DNA of 64,000 bases from Selaginella moellendorffii (GCF_000143415.4 NW_003314340.1:1-64000); one strand, 5' to 3'; positions 10,880 to 23,910 are shown, numbered from the stretch's first letter. Numbers and translations: made by a program. The notes: generated by a model from the letters alone, not told the origin.

Positions 10880-13800
10880 GTGTTAGCCAATACTTTAGGC
10901 CAATGGTTGGTTATGGCGTGCAATGTGAACAATTTCGCGCACCACATCACCTCACCATGACCTCAAGGTCATGGGACCAACCATGCACCTCATGGATGAC
11001 TCATGGATGTAGTCATACATGCATTTGGATGACCCATCGACCTCATCCTCTTGAATCTGCTACCACACAATGGAGGTTTGCATAGCAGCAGCGGCAGACT
11101 TGGTATGCATTGGCTTTCAGCACTCAATGGAGGCACCTCAGAAATGATAAGTTTTACTTAGAGGTATACTGATGCTTTAGTCTAGGTGTTCACAATATGG
11201 GCAATCTTTACTGTTGAAAAGCTCATCACATGCATGGAGTTTGATCTAGAGTTTTCTCCCATTATGTGGGAGTAATTGCAAGAAACAATAAATTATAAGG
11301 TAAATATGCACATTTTTATATTTTATTTCCATATTCCATTCATTTATATTAGTGGTAATTTTGATTGTCCCTGCAAAATGTTTGGATTTGTGCTTTTGGT
11401 TTAGATTTAACTTTTATATTATCTAGATCTCTCTTTTCTTGTAGCTTTTTCAAATTTTTTTTCTTTTTTGGCAAAGAACCAACCTCCTCTTACTGACAAA
11501 ATGGCTTACAAAATTCCATAACTTCATAACTGCAAACAGGTTTTCAGAGGCCTATACTTGTTGAAATAACATCCTAGAAGCTATTTGAGGATACAGCTTA
11601 TTAGATTGATTCAATATTCCATAGATTCGCATAAATACAAAAGGACTCACTTCCTTTCCCCAAAGGAAATCTGAGAAAATGCAACTTGTAATGCATCCAA
11701 TTGTGTTTTGTGATTTGGGGACTGATGCTTATTTGGGGCCTTTGAGTCTTCATACTTTGGCACTTTGTCAGAGTTAAAATCTTCTTGAGCTGTGACATAG
11801 CCTTCCTCACCGTTGGACAGCCGCATGCCATTTGCTAAAAGGACCTACCACCCCACTCTTGCAGCCAAAGCTGAGCTTCATTGGAGTTAAAGCCCCTCTA
11901 ATGGGCTTTACCTGCTTCAATCTAAGGGGTAGACAATGAGAGATTCCAAAAACTTTACGTAGTGCCCAGCAAACGGCAGATAAAGGGAAAGTTTGACCTA
12001 TACTTATTTAAACCCTAAAATTTTTCAATGCCTAAAGAATCATGTTTAGATAACTTGGACATCATTCACACGAACAGATTTGAAGGGACCCAAGCTCACT
12101 CCTTGTTACCATGAATAACAAAATTTATATGAAATGGAAGCATGGAAGCATAAGTAAGACTATAACTATCTTTATCTAGACTTAGTTACTTATGTATATT
12201 GTCTCATTTCCATATTGCACACAACACTCAAAGGAAACTCTGATCAAGATGGTAAGAATATATATAAGTGGAAAGGAAGATCTCAAAAGATGTTAGAACA
12301 AATGTAGTGGAAGGAAATACGACTGGACTTAATCTCAAACTTCATAACTCACTAGATTTCAAAAAGAAACTCCTTCACTGCAAAGGTGGATCTCAGGCTA
12401 TTACTATCTAAAAGATCTACTATTGCTTTCTAGTAATAGAAGGTCTTAACTAGTGCTCTTGCAAGTAGTCTAGAAATCATAGTTTTGGGAATGAATATAA
12501 TCTCATGAAGGGTTTTGCAACAAAAGAATTGGAAAAAAGTGTAAGGGATATGCGGGATTGTAGTATATATGTGCAAGAATGGATGAAGAAGCACTTTAGT
12601 GGCTTTCCTAAAGTCATGAACAGCTTGAATGGATGGAGGTGATATGCCAATAATGCCCATATCTGACCATCCATGCACATTGCATCAAAATGTAAAAATA
12701 TTGATTATCTAGGTTTAACCCTGTAAAAATGCATAATTTTGGATTATTATTATGTGCTACTCAAAACAAGGAAGGAATTAGCATAGGAATCATACTACAT
12801 ATCTTTGGCAAAGTAAAACTTTAAACTCTGCATAAAAAAGGTCTAAGGGTATCCTTGCAACAATGTTTTGACTATACTGTGAAACCAATAAATATATTAA
12901 AGAAAAAAATAGTATCATTACCCAAGTTCCCGCTCCATAGGTTAAAATAAACTAGTAAGAACAGAAGAAGCTCTAATATATTCACCATTTTAAAATGCTT
13001 AAACCATATAAACGTTCTAAATTGCAACCCAATGTGCAAGGTCCTTAGCAATATAAAATGTAAATATGCATCTCAAGCTCTGTATGTGCTATATATTAGA
13101 CATATCTAAAATGTCAATGTCCTCCATTAACTCAAATAACTACCTATAAAACCATATCACTCTCTTGTAAAGCTCTTTCTAGAGACTAGAGATACTCAAT
13201 AAAACACAAAAAAATTAAAACTTTAGACTGCATATTTATATCTGGTTTCATATTGGCCAGCTTGAGAGGCTTATTCTATTTATATCCCTTTCCACATTAT
13301 TAGCTTTTAGTATGTGATCATTCTTAATTTATTTTTGTCAATCAAATTTACAAATAGCATGTATATAGGTGTTGAAGATTGCATACAACTAATGTAGTAT
13401 GTTATACTATGAATCATGGCATAGACATAAAATCTATATGATACTAGTTAACAATATACTATAAAAAGATGATAACATCAAAAAGATTGAAAACCAAATA
13501 AAAAACTCACAATCTATATAGCATAGTGCATAAGGCACTTCATTAGTGTATATCTACCTTCAAATCTTAGATAAATGCATGTGTGTGAGCTTTGTAAGGT
13601 TGTGTATAACTAAAGCTTTGCAAATTTAATGTCAGCTAAAATAATATTCTATTATTTGACAGCTTGAGTGAGATTTCACAATCCCCTAGGTAATACCTTC
13701 ATGTTCATAGCAATGCTAGTGTGGACATAATGAAGTACCTTTGGTGGTGCTATCTTATAGTACACACTTCTTTAGTTTGCATTAACAAACTTCATATATT

Positions 13801-14370
13801 TGTACAATGTTAACTTTGAAATTTGTAGACAACATGCCAAGTAATCTATAATCTTAGTTTCACAAATCTCACAAATCTCCAAGTAATCTAATTTTTTAAA
13901 TAAAATTAGAATGCTAAAACATCTAGAATCAACAAAATGTTAGAATTCTTACAATTAAATGTTACTCTTAACAGGAAGTTATATACCTCTATGTATTATT
14001 CCTTGTTACCACTCTCAAATGTTGAAGAAGAGTCTGAATCATATGAGATAGATCCACTTACCTGGTAAAATTCTCAAGCAAGTATCATCTATAACAAAGT
14101 AGTTTGAAATTGACAAAAGAAACTTATTTATGTTTCTTGTATATTCTATATATCAAAACCTCCTTACAAATTCTGTCATACAAAGAAAATAGCCATTTAG
14201 TTGTTTTGATTGTTATATGCATAATAGTCATATATGGCTGACCATTGGAACCATTTTATCACATTAGATGCCCATTGAATGTACATAATAGCAACATAAT
14301 TATGGTGGCCGAGGATATAACATTGTGCAAATATGAACTTTTTTCATGCAGCAAGGTTTACAAATAACAA
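10880..14370. other. AT-rich non-coding insertion/spacer, probably degenerate transposon-derived, between duplicated blocks
   Basis: Homology to the other copies ends abruptly at gactggcc (about 10877) and resumes at 14372. No long ORFs; no element family could be confirmed. Confidence 0.4.
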
Positions 14371-14371
14371 A

Positions 14372-15400
14372 ACACTGCTAGGACTCTATGCCCAACAAGA
14401 ATACATGCACGACATTAAAACATTGTTTGAAATGGTGGATGAGTGGGATCTTGTTGTTGATCATTCTAGCTGAGAATGGCGAGCTAGAATAGGCAAAGAA
14501 ACTGTTTGATAGATTGTGCAAACGGGAATTAGTGTGTTGGAACGCCATTCTTCATACCTACTCTCGCCATGGCCAGGTTTTTGAGGTGGAAAAGATTTTC
14601 CAGCAAATGCCACAAAGGGATCTCACATCTTGGAATGCAGTTCTCGCTGCGTGCTCTCAATGTGGAGATTTTGAAACGACAGAATGGATGTTTGTACAGA
14701 TGCCGCAGTGGGATGTTCTAAGTTTGAACTCACGCATGGATGCTTTCGTCCAAGGTGGTCATTTAAACAGGTCAGAAGAAATCTTTGATCTAATGCCAGA
14801 GAAAGATCAGTTTTCGTGGAATCTCATCCTTGCAGTGTGGATTAAGCACCGTCATATGGAGAATGCCAAACCTTGTGTTGATTCCATGCCTTTTCGAAAT
14901 GTTGCTTCGGGAACAATGGCATATGTCCAAGATGGGCATCTTACTCTTGATGTTCAGCGTCATGCCTCAAAAAAACGCCTAATCAGAATGGGAATATGCT
15001 CGCTTTGAGACACTGCCGGAGGATGGCAACCATGCCACAAGCTTGGAGGTATTAAATCGCTTGAAGATGAATCATGTCCCGGAAGAGACGTGTTTCGTCT
15101 CCTCTTTGATCTCGTGTAGCTACCTAGGAAAGATTGAAGAGAGCCAATCGTGCTTCCTGTCCATGACGCTCGATTATGATCAAGCAGCGCTGTATCGTAA
15201 GCGTCCTCTGCCGCTCGAGGCATCTGAAAGGTGCTGTGGAGCTTGTCTCGAGCATGCCTTCCATCCCGATAGGATGGAGTGGTGGGAGATTGCAACAACT
15301 TCAATGATCTTGCTAGGGGAGCTAAAGTTACTAGCCAAGTTCTTGCGCTTGATCCAGGTAAACATCATATGTGCTGCTCGCAAATATATTTGAGTCGTCT
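14372..15400 (+). pseudogene. 5'-truncated, frameshifted duplicate of PPR-B (matches about 6901-8080)
   Basis: acactgctaggactctatgcccaacaag matches 6901; in-frame TAG, several deletions, fragmented ORFs 14514-15008 and 15043-15393. Confidence 0.9.
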
Positions 15401-15883
15401 TTCAAACGGACGATAGAACAGGTTTTTATAAATATTGGAGCTGGCTGCGTATAGCAACGCCCTTTGAACCGTGGTCTTCTGATTTTACTGAAGAACCGGG
15501 AAGGATTTCAAGAAGCAAGTGATCTACTATATGGGATATTTTATCGCTGCTCTTCAAAAACGTTTTACTTTATCTTTTAGTTCAGGTTTATATGATCGAT
15601 GGCGAGTTCAGTTTTTCCTGAGAGGTTCTACTACAACATCCACAGTTTGAGAATGCTGATCAAAGAGTTCTTTTCAGCTCCATTATCACTGATCTTTTCC
15701 CTTTCAGCAGTATTTGTAGAAGATCTATCCACCAGTCCTGACGCACTGGAATTAGTTTCGTTCGTGGTATGTTTCTGATGAAAGTTCTGGTCAATCTCGT
15801 GAGTTGGAATTTTTATGGACCATCCTTTGAAAAAGAGATCAAGCTAGGAGTTGACTGGAGAAAACTTCTATGCTGGAAACGCC

Positions 15884-18318
15884 ATGGCGTTTGCAGCGTC
15901 GGCTCCAGCAGTGTCATCGAGACGGCACTACAACCAAGGCCTTGATTCTGCTCGCTGCATAGTTCGATCCAGGATATCATTTCTCAAGCTTCGCCGAGTG
16001 AATGCTATAGCTCTGGAAGCAGCAGTGAAAGAAGATCCGGAGCAGTTGTCCCCATTGATAACACCAGTAAGTCTCTTGGATTCACATTGAGCTCTCATTT
16101 TCCTTGTCTTTGCAGAAACGAACTACAGACTTTCAAACACTCTTTCGGAGATTTTGCAAAGTTGCTCAACCTTACTGGCTCGACTCCAAGGAGGGAAACC
16201 AGGCAATCCTCCGGTTAGCGAGTGTTTTTGCTCTTACGCTTGCTTCCACGGGGACGAGCGTGGCATTTAGCTACCTTGGAAGGAGTTTTGACAACGCTTT
16301 GACAAGTAAGTGTGTCCAGATCTATCAGATTTCTTTAAACTTTTCTCCAGGTAAGAATCGAGAGGAGTTTGTCAAGCAGCTGATCTATTATTTGGGGCTT
16401 ATGGTCGCAGCACTTCCAGTAAGTCGTTTGAATGTTTGTGCCTTTTTCAGCGTGTAGTTAACTCGCTTGTCTTCGAGGTTTATGTAATCCGCGGATACGC
16501 ACGAGACACTCTTGCTCTTCGATGGCGATCTTGGATGACGAAACGCTACATGGCTCAGTATTTTTCTCAGAGATCCTACTATAACATTCAATCTCTGGCA
16601 CTCATAGACAATCCAGATCAGAGAGTTGTGGACGATATCGGCTCGTTCACTCGCACGGCACTTATATTTACCATGACTTTGTTCCATTCCATCACCGATC
16701 TGGCGTCTTTCAGCGGAATTCTATACAGGATTTATCCACCACTGTTTGGTGTCTTGCTTGTTTACTCCATTGGTGGCACTGGAATTAGTTTCCTACTTGG
16801 AAAGGTATGATTTTCATCTTTTTGTTTTCAGCGAGTTCGTTCTGTTTCCTTGCAGGATCTCATGAACTTGAATTTCGTCCAAGAAAAGAGTGAGGCAGAT
16901 TTTCGATTTGGATTGGTAAGAGTTCGAGAAAATGCAGAGTCCATCGCGTTTTACGGGGGAGAAATGGACGAGCTTCACTTGCTGCTGGAACGTTTTAAAC
17001 AAGTTTTTTCCAACTATAGTGTAAGTTTATTTTTCTGGTTTTCCATTTAATTTTTTAAAAAGTGCTGCATTGTCTTTGAAGAAACTACTCATAGCTTCAC
17101 GCAACTTGAGTTTTTTCCAAGTTTTCTATAGCAACTTGATCCGAATACTGCCCGCTGCCGTGGTGGCTCCGTTCTACTTTTCTGGAAAAGTCGACTTTGG
17201 GATCGTCAGTCAGTCTTTCTATGCTTTCAGCTCCGTTCTCCGCGACCTTTCCTTGGTCGTACAAGCGTTCCAATCGCTTAGTTCCTTCTCCGCAGTTGTC
17301 GATCGCCTGGGTATACTCTTTTCTTCGTTTGCTTGATTCTCTTCGAACTAAATTTACATGCACAGGTGAATTCAGTGACATATTGGATAAAAAAGGCGTA
17401 GTGAATACTTTGGAGCTGAGCACCATCAAATCGATCGAGACCACGGAGAGCGACGTTCTTATAGAAGTGTCGACCTTGACTCTCTTGTCTCCTCAACACA
17501 CTCTGACTCTAGTCGAGGGGCTCTCTTTCAGGATGATCACTGGACAAAATTTCCTAGTATGTGAATTCTTATATTTTCTACTTTGTTATCAGATCACTAA
17601 CACGGCTTTAAAACCGACCAGATAACTGGCCCCAGTGGAAGTGGCAAGACATCGTTCTTGAGAGCTATCGCAGGACTTTGGAACTCCGGGGGAGGAACCA
17701 TAGCAAGAAACTCTACCATGGATATATTCTTCGTGCCTCAAAAGCCGTACATGACTCTTGGAACGCTCCGGCAACAAATTCTATATCCAACTTGGAGCAA
17801 AGACGGGGAGAAAAAACACGATCAAGGTAGCGGGTCTTTTACACGTGAATCTATCACAAGTGTGCTCTCATGATCCAGAATCCAAGCACAGCGATGCCGA
17901 CTTGATGGAAGTCTTGCGTAGAGTGAAGCTTGAACAGCTCCTGGAACGCTCGTTCCACTTGGACGCGAATGCCGACTGGTCCAGTGTCTTGTCACTGGGA
18001 GAGCAACAGCGCCTGGCTTTTGCTCGATTGCTTCTATCAAAACCAAAGCTTGCGCTCCTGGATGAAGCAACCAGTGCCATAGACGAAGCAACTGAGGTAA
18101 AAGCTTGTCTCTTTGGTTCTCTTCTAAGATCTAGTCACTCTATGCAGGCTTACTTGTATCGACTTCTCCTAGAATCAGGAACTTGTGTGATGAGCGTTGG
18201 GCATCGCAGCACGCTTCGCGAATTCCACACACACTTGCTCTTCTTTTCCCCGCAAATCTCCGGGACGAGTATCTCGGAGTGGTCATTACAAGACCTTCCT
18301 CAAAGAACCAACTTTTAG
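15884..18318 (+). CDS. ABCD2: ABCD2/YddA-like ABC half-transporter (copy 2, multi-exon, apparently intact)
   Basis: Same exon structure and motifs as copy 1; diverges mainly from the late TM domain to the early NBD. Confidence 0.85.
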
Positions 18319-18484
18319 TAGCAGTAGTTCTTCGTCCATTGAAGTGAGACTGGCCTTTGGGAATGCGAGCAAGCAAGCGCTTTGCAGTCTTCTACGTTCT
18401 TGCAAGAGTGTGGCGGAGCTCCAGCAGCTCCATGCAACGATCTGGGATGGGCAGGAGACCCTGCTCGGGAACGTCTTGGTTGAG

Positions 18485-20389
18485 ATGTATGGCAAGTTTG
18501 GAGCTGTGGACGAAGCGGGTGCGGCGTTTGATAGCATCCAGCGTCCAAACGTCTTCTCGTGGAACAACATCGTCACGGTATATACACAGAACGGTTTTTT
18601 GGAGCGAGCGCACAGCGAGTTCGACGCCATGACCGAGAGGAACTCCGTGTCCTGGAACATAATGGTGACGGGCTATGCCCAAACTGGGTATCTCACACAA
18701 GCTGAGGCTTTGCTCGAGAAAATGCCACAGTATGGAGTGGTTTCGCTCAGTGCTATGGTTGTCGGCTTTTCCAGGAGTGGCCAAACCGACCAAGCAGAGG
18801 CTACTTTCGAGAGAATTATTCAGCGTAATATCATAACTTGGACTGGGTTTCTAACTGGATATGCCCAGTGCGGGTATATCCATGAAGCTTACGGGATTTT
18901 TAAGAGAATGCCAGCGTGGAACGTTGTCTCATGGACTGCTATGATCGACTTGCTGGGTCAGATGGGTCAGCTCGAGAACGCGAAGACTCTTTTTGATCGG
19001 GTTCCAGAGCTCAATGCTGTGTCTTGGACGGCCATGGTTGCTGCTTATGCCGCGAATGGGCATATCCGAGAGTGTCGAGATTTGTTTGATGATATGCCCG
19101 AGCGCGGTATAGTAACTTGGAACGCCATGCTTGCTGGATTTGGGTCGAGTTTGCAAGCGGGAGAAGCGAGGAGAGTTTTTGGAAGAATGCCTTGGCACAA
19201 CTTGGTCTCGTGGAATACCATGCTTGCTTTGGTTGCTAGGAACGCTGGAAGCCTGGAAGGATTGGATATCTTCCATGGAATGCCTGCGAGGAACTGTAAA
19301 TCGTGGAACCTTGTAGTCCATTGCCATGCCGCGAATGGAGATATGGGGGACGCCGGCAAGCTTGTGTATAGAATGCCGCAGCACAGTGTAGTGACTTGGA
19401 CTTCCATGGTCGTTGGATATTCCTGCAAGGGAAGAGTTGACGAGGCGATTTCCTTGTTTGACTGGATTCCAGAACGGAATGTTGTGACCTGGACGGGCTT
19501 GCTTGCCGGATATGCCCAAGTAAGTGATGTGGGTGAAGTGTTTCGCAGAATGCCGGCCCATAACGTGGTGTCATCGACGGCTGTGATTGATGCCTACGGC
19601 CAGAATGGCCACCTGGTGGCGGCCAAGGAGCTGTTTGACCGGCTCCCGGAAGCCAACGAGTTGACTTTGATAGCCATGCTGGGGGCATATGCTGCCAAGG
19701 GATGCGCATCCGAGTCCAAGAGGCTGTTTGACTCTTCGCCATCGCAGAGCGTGCTTACGTGGAATACAATGGTGTCCACGTACGGAAATAGCCTCGAGCT
19801 CTGTGCCGCAATGGCCATGTTTGAGAAGATGCCCAAGCACAACACTGTGTCGTGGAACGCAATCGTTACGGCAAATGCCAGGAATGGGCATTTGGGGGAA
19901 GCTAGGATGATTTTTGACACGATGCCATATAGGAGCTCAAGGTCGTGGAGCGTGATGATCGATTCATATGCGCTGAGTGGCCAGTGTTTTGAGGCAGTCG
20001 AGATGCTTACACTCGTGATGTGGGAGGGTTTTGTGCCAGATGAGAGTGTATTTACAGGTGTTCTTGCTGCCTGCAGCCACCAAGGCTTGCTCGAACTCGG
20101 TATAAGGCTGTTTTCGTTGATGGTGAGAGATTACTCCATTGCTCCAGCACTAGTACACTTCAAGTGCCTAATTGCATTGCTGACTCGAGCTGGGCAACTT
20201 GATAGTGCAGAGCAGCTTCTCAATGAAATGCCCTACCATCCAGATGAAGTTGCATGGGTGACACTCCTTGCCGGCTGTAGCTCACACTTTGATGTGGGAC
20301 GAGCGTCCTATGCCACTTGCAATTCTAGTGCTCTGCACGTGTTGCTAGGAAATGTGTACGATCAGCAAACATTTCAAATGAGTTTCTAA
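18485..20389 (+). CDS. PLS-class PPR protein (SS-rich, truncated E domain, no DYW) (PPR-C); the open frame extends upstream to 18197 without an ATG
   Basis: PPR motifs from LCSLLRSCKS...MYGKFG to HFKCLIALLTRAG...WVTLLAGC. First in-frame ATG is at 18485; start uncertain. Confidence 0.8.
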   Translation: MYGKFGAVDEAGAAFDSIQRPNVFSWNNIVTVYTQNGFLERAHSEFDAMTERNSVSWNIMVTGYAQTGYLTQAEALLEKMPQYGVVSLSAMVVGFSRSGQTDQAEATFERIIQRNIITWTGFLTGYAQCGYIHEAYGIFKRMPAWNVVSWTAMIDLLGQMGQLENAKTLFDRVPELNAVSWTAMVAAYAANGHIRECRDLFDDMPERGIVTWNAMLAGFGSSLQAGEARRVFGRMPWHNLVSWNTMLALVARNAGSLEGLDIFHGMPARNCKSWNLVVHCHAANGDMGDAGKLVYRMPQHSVVTWTSMVVGYSCKGRVDEAISLFDWIPERNVVTWTGLLAGYAQVSDVGEVFRRMPAHNVVSSTAVIDAYGQNGHLVAAKELFDRLPEANELTLIAMLGAYAAKGCASESKRLFDSSPSQSVLTWNTMVSTYGNSLELCAAMAMFEKMPKHNTVSWNAIVTANARNGHLGEARMIFDTMPYRSSRSWSVMIDSYALSGQCFEAVEMLTLVMWEGFVPDESVFTGVLAACSHQGLLELGIRLFSLMVRDYSIAPALVHFKCLIALLTRAGQLDSAEQLLNEMPYHPDEVAWVTLLAGCSSHFDVGRASYATCNSSALHVLLGNVYDQQTFQMSF

Positions 20390-21321
20390 TCTTTTAAATC
20401 TTGCGTCCCTCCATAAGGCGGAATAAGGATGAACAGTTTTTTTTGGCCATGATCCACCTGATCCTCGCCAGATGATTCTTGGCGAACCTGAGCCGATTCA
20501 GCACTCCACGGACGAGCGTGGCATCGGTGGAGGCTCGTGCTGGCCGCTACAATCAAGGGTAAGCATCCTCAATCTGCAGAATTTGCAACTCCAGCACCAG
20601 AAATATTATGTCCAAAATCATTTTTGGACACATGTACAATAAACATCTTGCCATTTGTATTGCAATTGCTTCTTCATCCTTTTAATCTTTCATTTATGTT
20701 CTTCTCCCAAAAGATGAATTTTCTCATATGATCAAATATGATTACTAATTAGGGTGAAAATTTATTTGATAATAAGTCAATGTCATAAAGGAAAATGCTC
20801 ATTGTAAAAAAAAATTTTCATTAGAACACTTAAACACTCTATTACAAATTAATTTGTGTATGTTCCAGTTTGGATCAATTGATCACAAATATACAACACT
20901 ATCAAGCATGAAATATGCAAATCTACTTTTGCTTTCTAATATCATTCATTTAACTTGGAAATCATCAGCACCCTAGTAACATTTGAAAAGGCATATTCTC
21001 CCAACACCATCATCCCTTTCTCCTCTATTACAATTACCCATTTAGTGAAAGATGTTCATCTCCATTTTTCACAGTAGTAGTGCTGCAATGTGTGCCATGC
21101 CTTGAAAGCAATAGGAGAATCCTTGACCTTCCTCCCATGGAACTCTCTTGATCAACTTGCATTAAAGCTCTTTTAGCTTTATACAAGCTCAGCACCTTTA
21201 ATTCTTGTTTCTGGAAACATGTGTCCAAACTGGTACAAAAGTTCCTCGCAAGGAAGCTTCTTTGAAATGGCAAAGGCGGCTTGTATGAAGGATAAGCAGG
21301 AGAAGCAGGAGAATTGGTAAA

Positions 21322-22512
21322 ATGGGGCTTGATCCAAAGGATGGGGGGTTTCCCATGGTTCAGGATTTGGTTGAGTCTGGCATTGATGAAGTGCCTCAGC
21401 GATTTGTGAAGCCAGCGGAAGAGCGGTCATTCTCTGCAGCAAGGACGGAAGATGATGAGGTTCCAGTTATTCACGTAGCAGAGCTTGACACAGCTGAAGG
21501 CATCGCTAAGCTCGACAGCGCTTGCCGAGATTGGGGATTTTTCCAGGTGAGATCTGCTCAAAAATCCATGACTAACATCTGGTTCAGCTGATTGGACATG
21601 GCATCCCTCCGGAGTTGCTTAAACAGGTGAGGAAGACTGTGAGGGACTTTTTCCGGTTGCCCCGGGAGCAGAGGGAAGCATATGCTATTCGCTCTGATGC
21701 ACCATCTCTAGCCAGCCAGGAAGGATACGGAAGATTCTTCGTTCCTTCGGAGGAGACTGTGCTCGACTGGGGCGATTCTGTTTATCATTTTCTTCCTCCC
21801 ATAAGGAATTGGCCAAGAAATCCTCCAGAGTACAGGTAACATTTTTGAGAACTTTCAGCGTCGTTCTGAATTCCACTCTACAGGAAAGTCGTGGAAGAGT
21901 ACGGCCAGGAGATACGGCCTCTGGCAATCAAACTGCTACAATGCATGGCAGAGGCATTGGGGCAACGTGCCAGTTTTTTCTCTGAAGCTTTCGGTCCTAG
22001 TCCTCATTATGCGATCAGGCTGAACTATTATCCGCCTTGTCCACAGCCAGAGCTTGTGATTGGCCTCAGCCCTCACTCCGATCTCGTGGGTCTTACCGTT
22101 TTGCTCCAAGATGAGGTGGAAGGCCTGCAGGTTAAGAAAGGCGGGCAGTGGAGGAGCGTCAGGTCCATCCCAGACGCGTTTGTGGTGAATGTTGGAGACA
22201 CGGTTGAGGTGAGTGCATGAGGATTCTCAGCTTTGGTTCATAGTTAAAGCTATGGTGCATGGTTTTTGTTGCGTCCCAGATACTAACGGATGGAGCTTAC
22301 AAGTGGAGCACAGAGCTGTCGTCAATAAGGAATGCTCTCGGATCTCCATTGCAACAATTTACGGTCCTGGCCGCGACAGGAAGTTAAAGCCAATTACCTC
22401 GGAAGAAATGCCACCTTTGTACAAGGAAGTCTCTATGGCAGAGCTCCTCGAAGCGTTCGTCAATGGAAAACTGAATGGTAAGGGGCATCTCCAGTTTGTC
22501 AGAATAGGATGA
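21322..22512 (+). pseudogene. 2-oxoglutarate/Fe(II) dioxygenase (SRG1-like) with a 4-nt frameshift deletion in the last exon
   Basis: WGFFQ, NYYPPCPQPE and HSD motifs present. Reads TACAAG-TGGAGCAC versus TACAAGAGCGTGGAGCAC in the copy at 31400-31420, which moves the distal His and RxS out of frame. Confidence 0.8.
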
Positions 22513-23259
22513 GGAAGTATTATGACAAAAATAAAATAATGTGACAATACAGTAAATTATATAAAGATATATATATGTATTGAATGTTTGGAAAGCTATT
22601 TTACTTGTATAAAAGAACAATGCCCTTTAAAGTGTCAAAAATACATGATATGCATGAGTCTGAATTATTTTTATTTTCATTCATTCATTAATTGTTTATA
22701 AAGTTTGTGTTGCCCTCTAAGAAGCATGAAACTGATACATTATAATATGCTTGTACGTTTTATGCCTTCAGCTATCAGTACACCTCTCAAGGAGAGTGGA
22801 CTCACAAATTGATATTTTAAAGGATTTTTTTTTAATGCATGAGCATGCATTGATGCCTATACATGGCAAAGTCTAAGTAATACTGTGTATGCAATTTTTT
22901 TGCATTATATAAATTTCAACTCTATATCAATTTTTTTGACACATTAGGTTCAAAATTAGGGTTTATAGGCATGATGTTTGCTAGTGGGCAAGCTAGATTT
23001 TTTAGTGCATTTTGGATACCACATATTAAGCTCGTGTTTAAAGCTATTTCCTTGGTGAAGGTAATGAAAAACATTTTATGCAACAAAACATTATAATGTT
23101 AAAATCTTTAATGCATGATTAAGATTGCAAAAAATCCATTTGAGAACAAACAGTATAAAAAAGCATTAAAACTATTTCAAACCATGCAATCCAAGGGCTA
23201 TATGCCAAATTTTTGAAGATATGTGACTGCTCTTAAGGCATGCTCAAGTTTTAAGTGCT

Positions 23260-23910
23260 AGAGAAGAAAGCAAAAAGATGGATGGAGGTTTTGTGAAATT
23301 GGTGGCATTGAAGTAAGGCATGGCTTTGTACTGCTAGGCAACAAAAGTAGTAACGGGGACTTAAAGCTTGTAGCAGCATTAGGGCCTAATAGCTAGGACA
23401 AAGAGATGATGTGGAAATTTGCTACTGTGGACTAGAGAACAACCAAGTCACAGTGATGTGTTTAGTTGACTTCTACTACAAATTTAGAAATGTGGTCTCA
23501 ACTCAACAGGTTTTTAACTCAATGCCATTTAAAGATCTTGTGGCCCAGATGGCACTTATAGTTGGACTCGATCACCAAGGAGATGCTGCCTCCATGTTTG
23601 AAAACTTTAATAGCATATAAGATCCTAGCATTCATCTTGATAGCTTTATATTCTTCTCGATCATCAATGTTTGTAATCATGTGGGGTTTGTGAAACAAGG
23701 AAAGGAGTGCTTCTATGCAATAGAGATGAAGTATGAGATCTGTCCTACGCATGAACACTATTATGGAATGATTGATCTCTTGGGATAAGTAAATCACTTG
23801 GATGAGACAATGATGGTGTATGAGTAAGTTGGAAAGATTGCATACAATGCTTTAGTGAAGATCAATAAGAGGAACAAAGTTGCATATACACTTATAACTA
23901 ATCTATATAA
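23260..23910 (+). pseudogene. Highly degenerate PPR remnant (paralogous to 32790-33520)
   Basis: Residual motifs LVDFYYK...VFNSMPFKDLV and EHYYGMIDLLG with stops. Confidence 0.6.

Noticed and set aside
12430-12690. Possible LINE endonuclease remnant (ISDH motif)
   Set aside because: One short motif in a stop-riddled AT-rich region; not enough for a family call.
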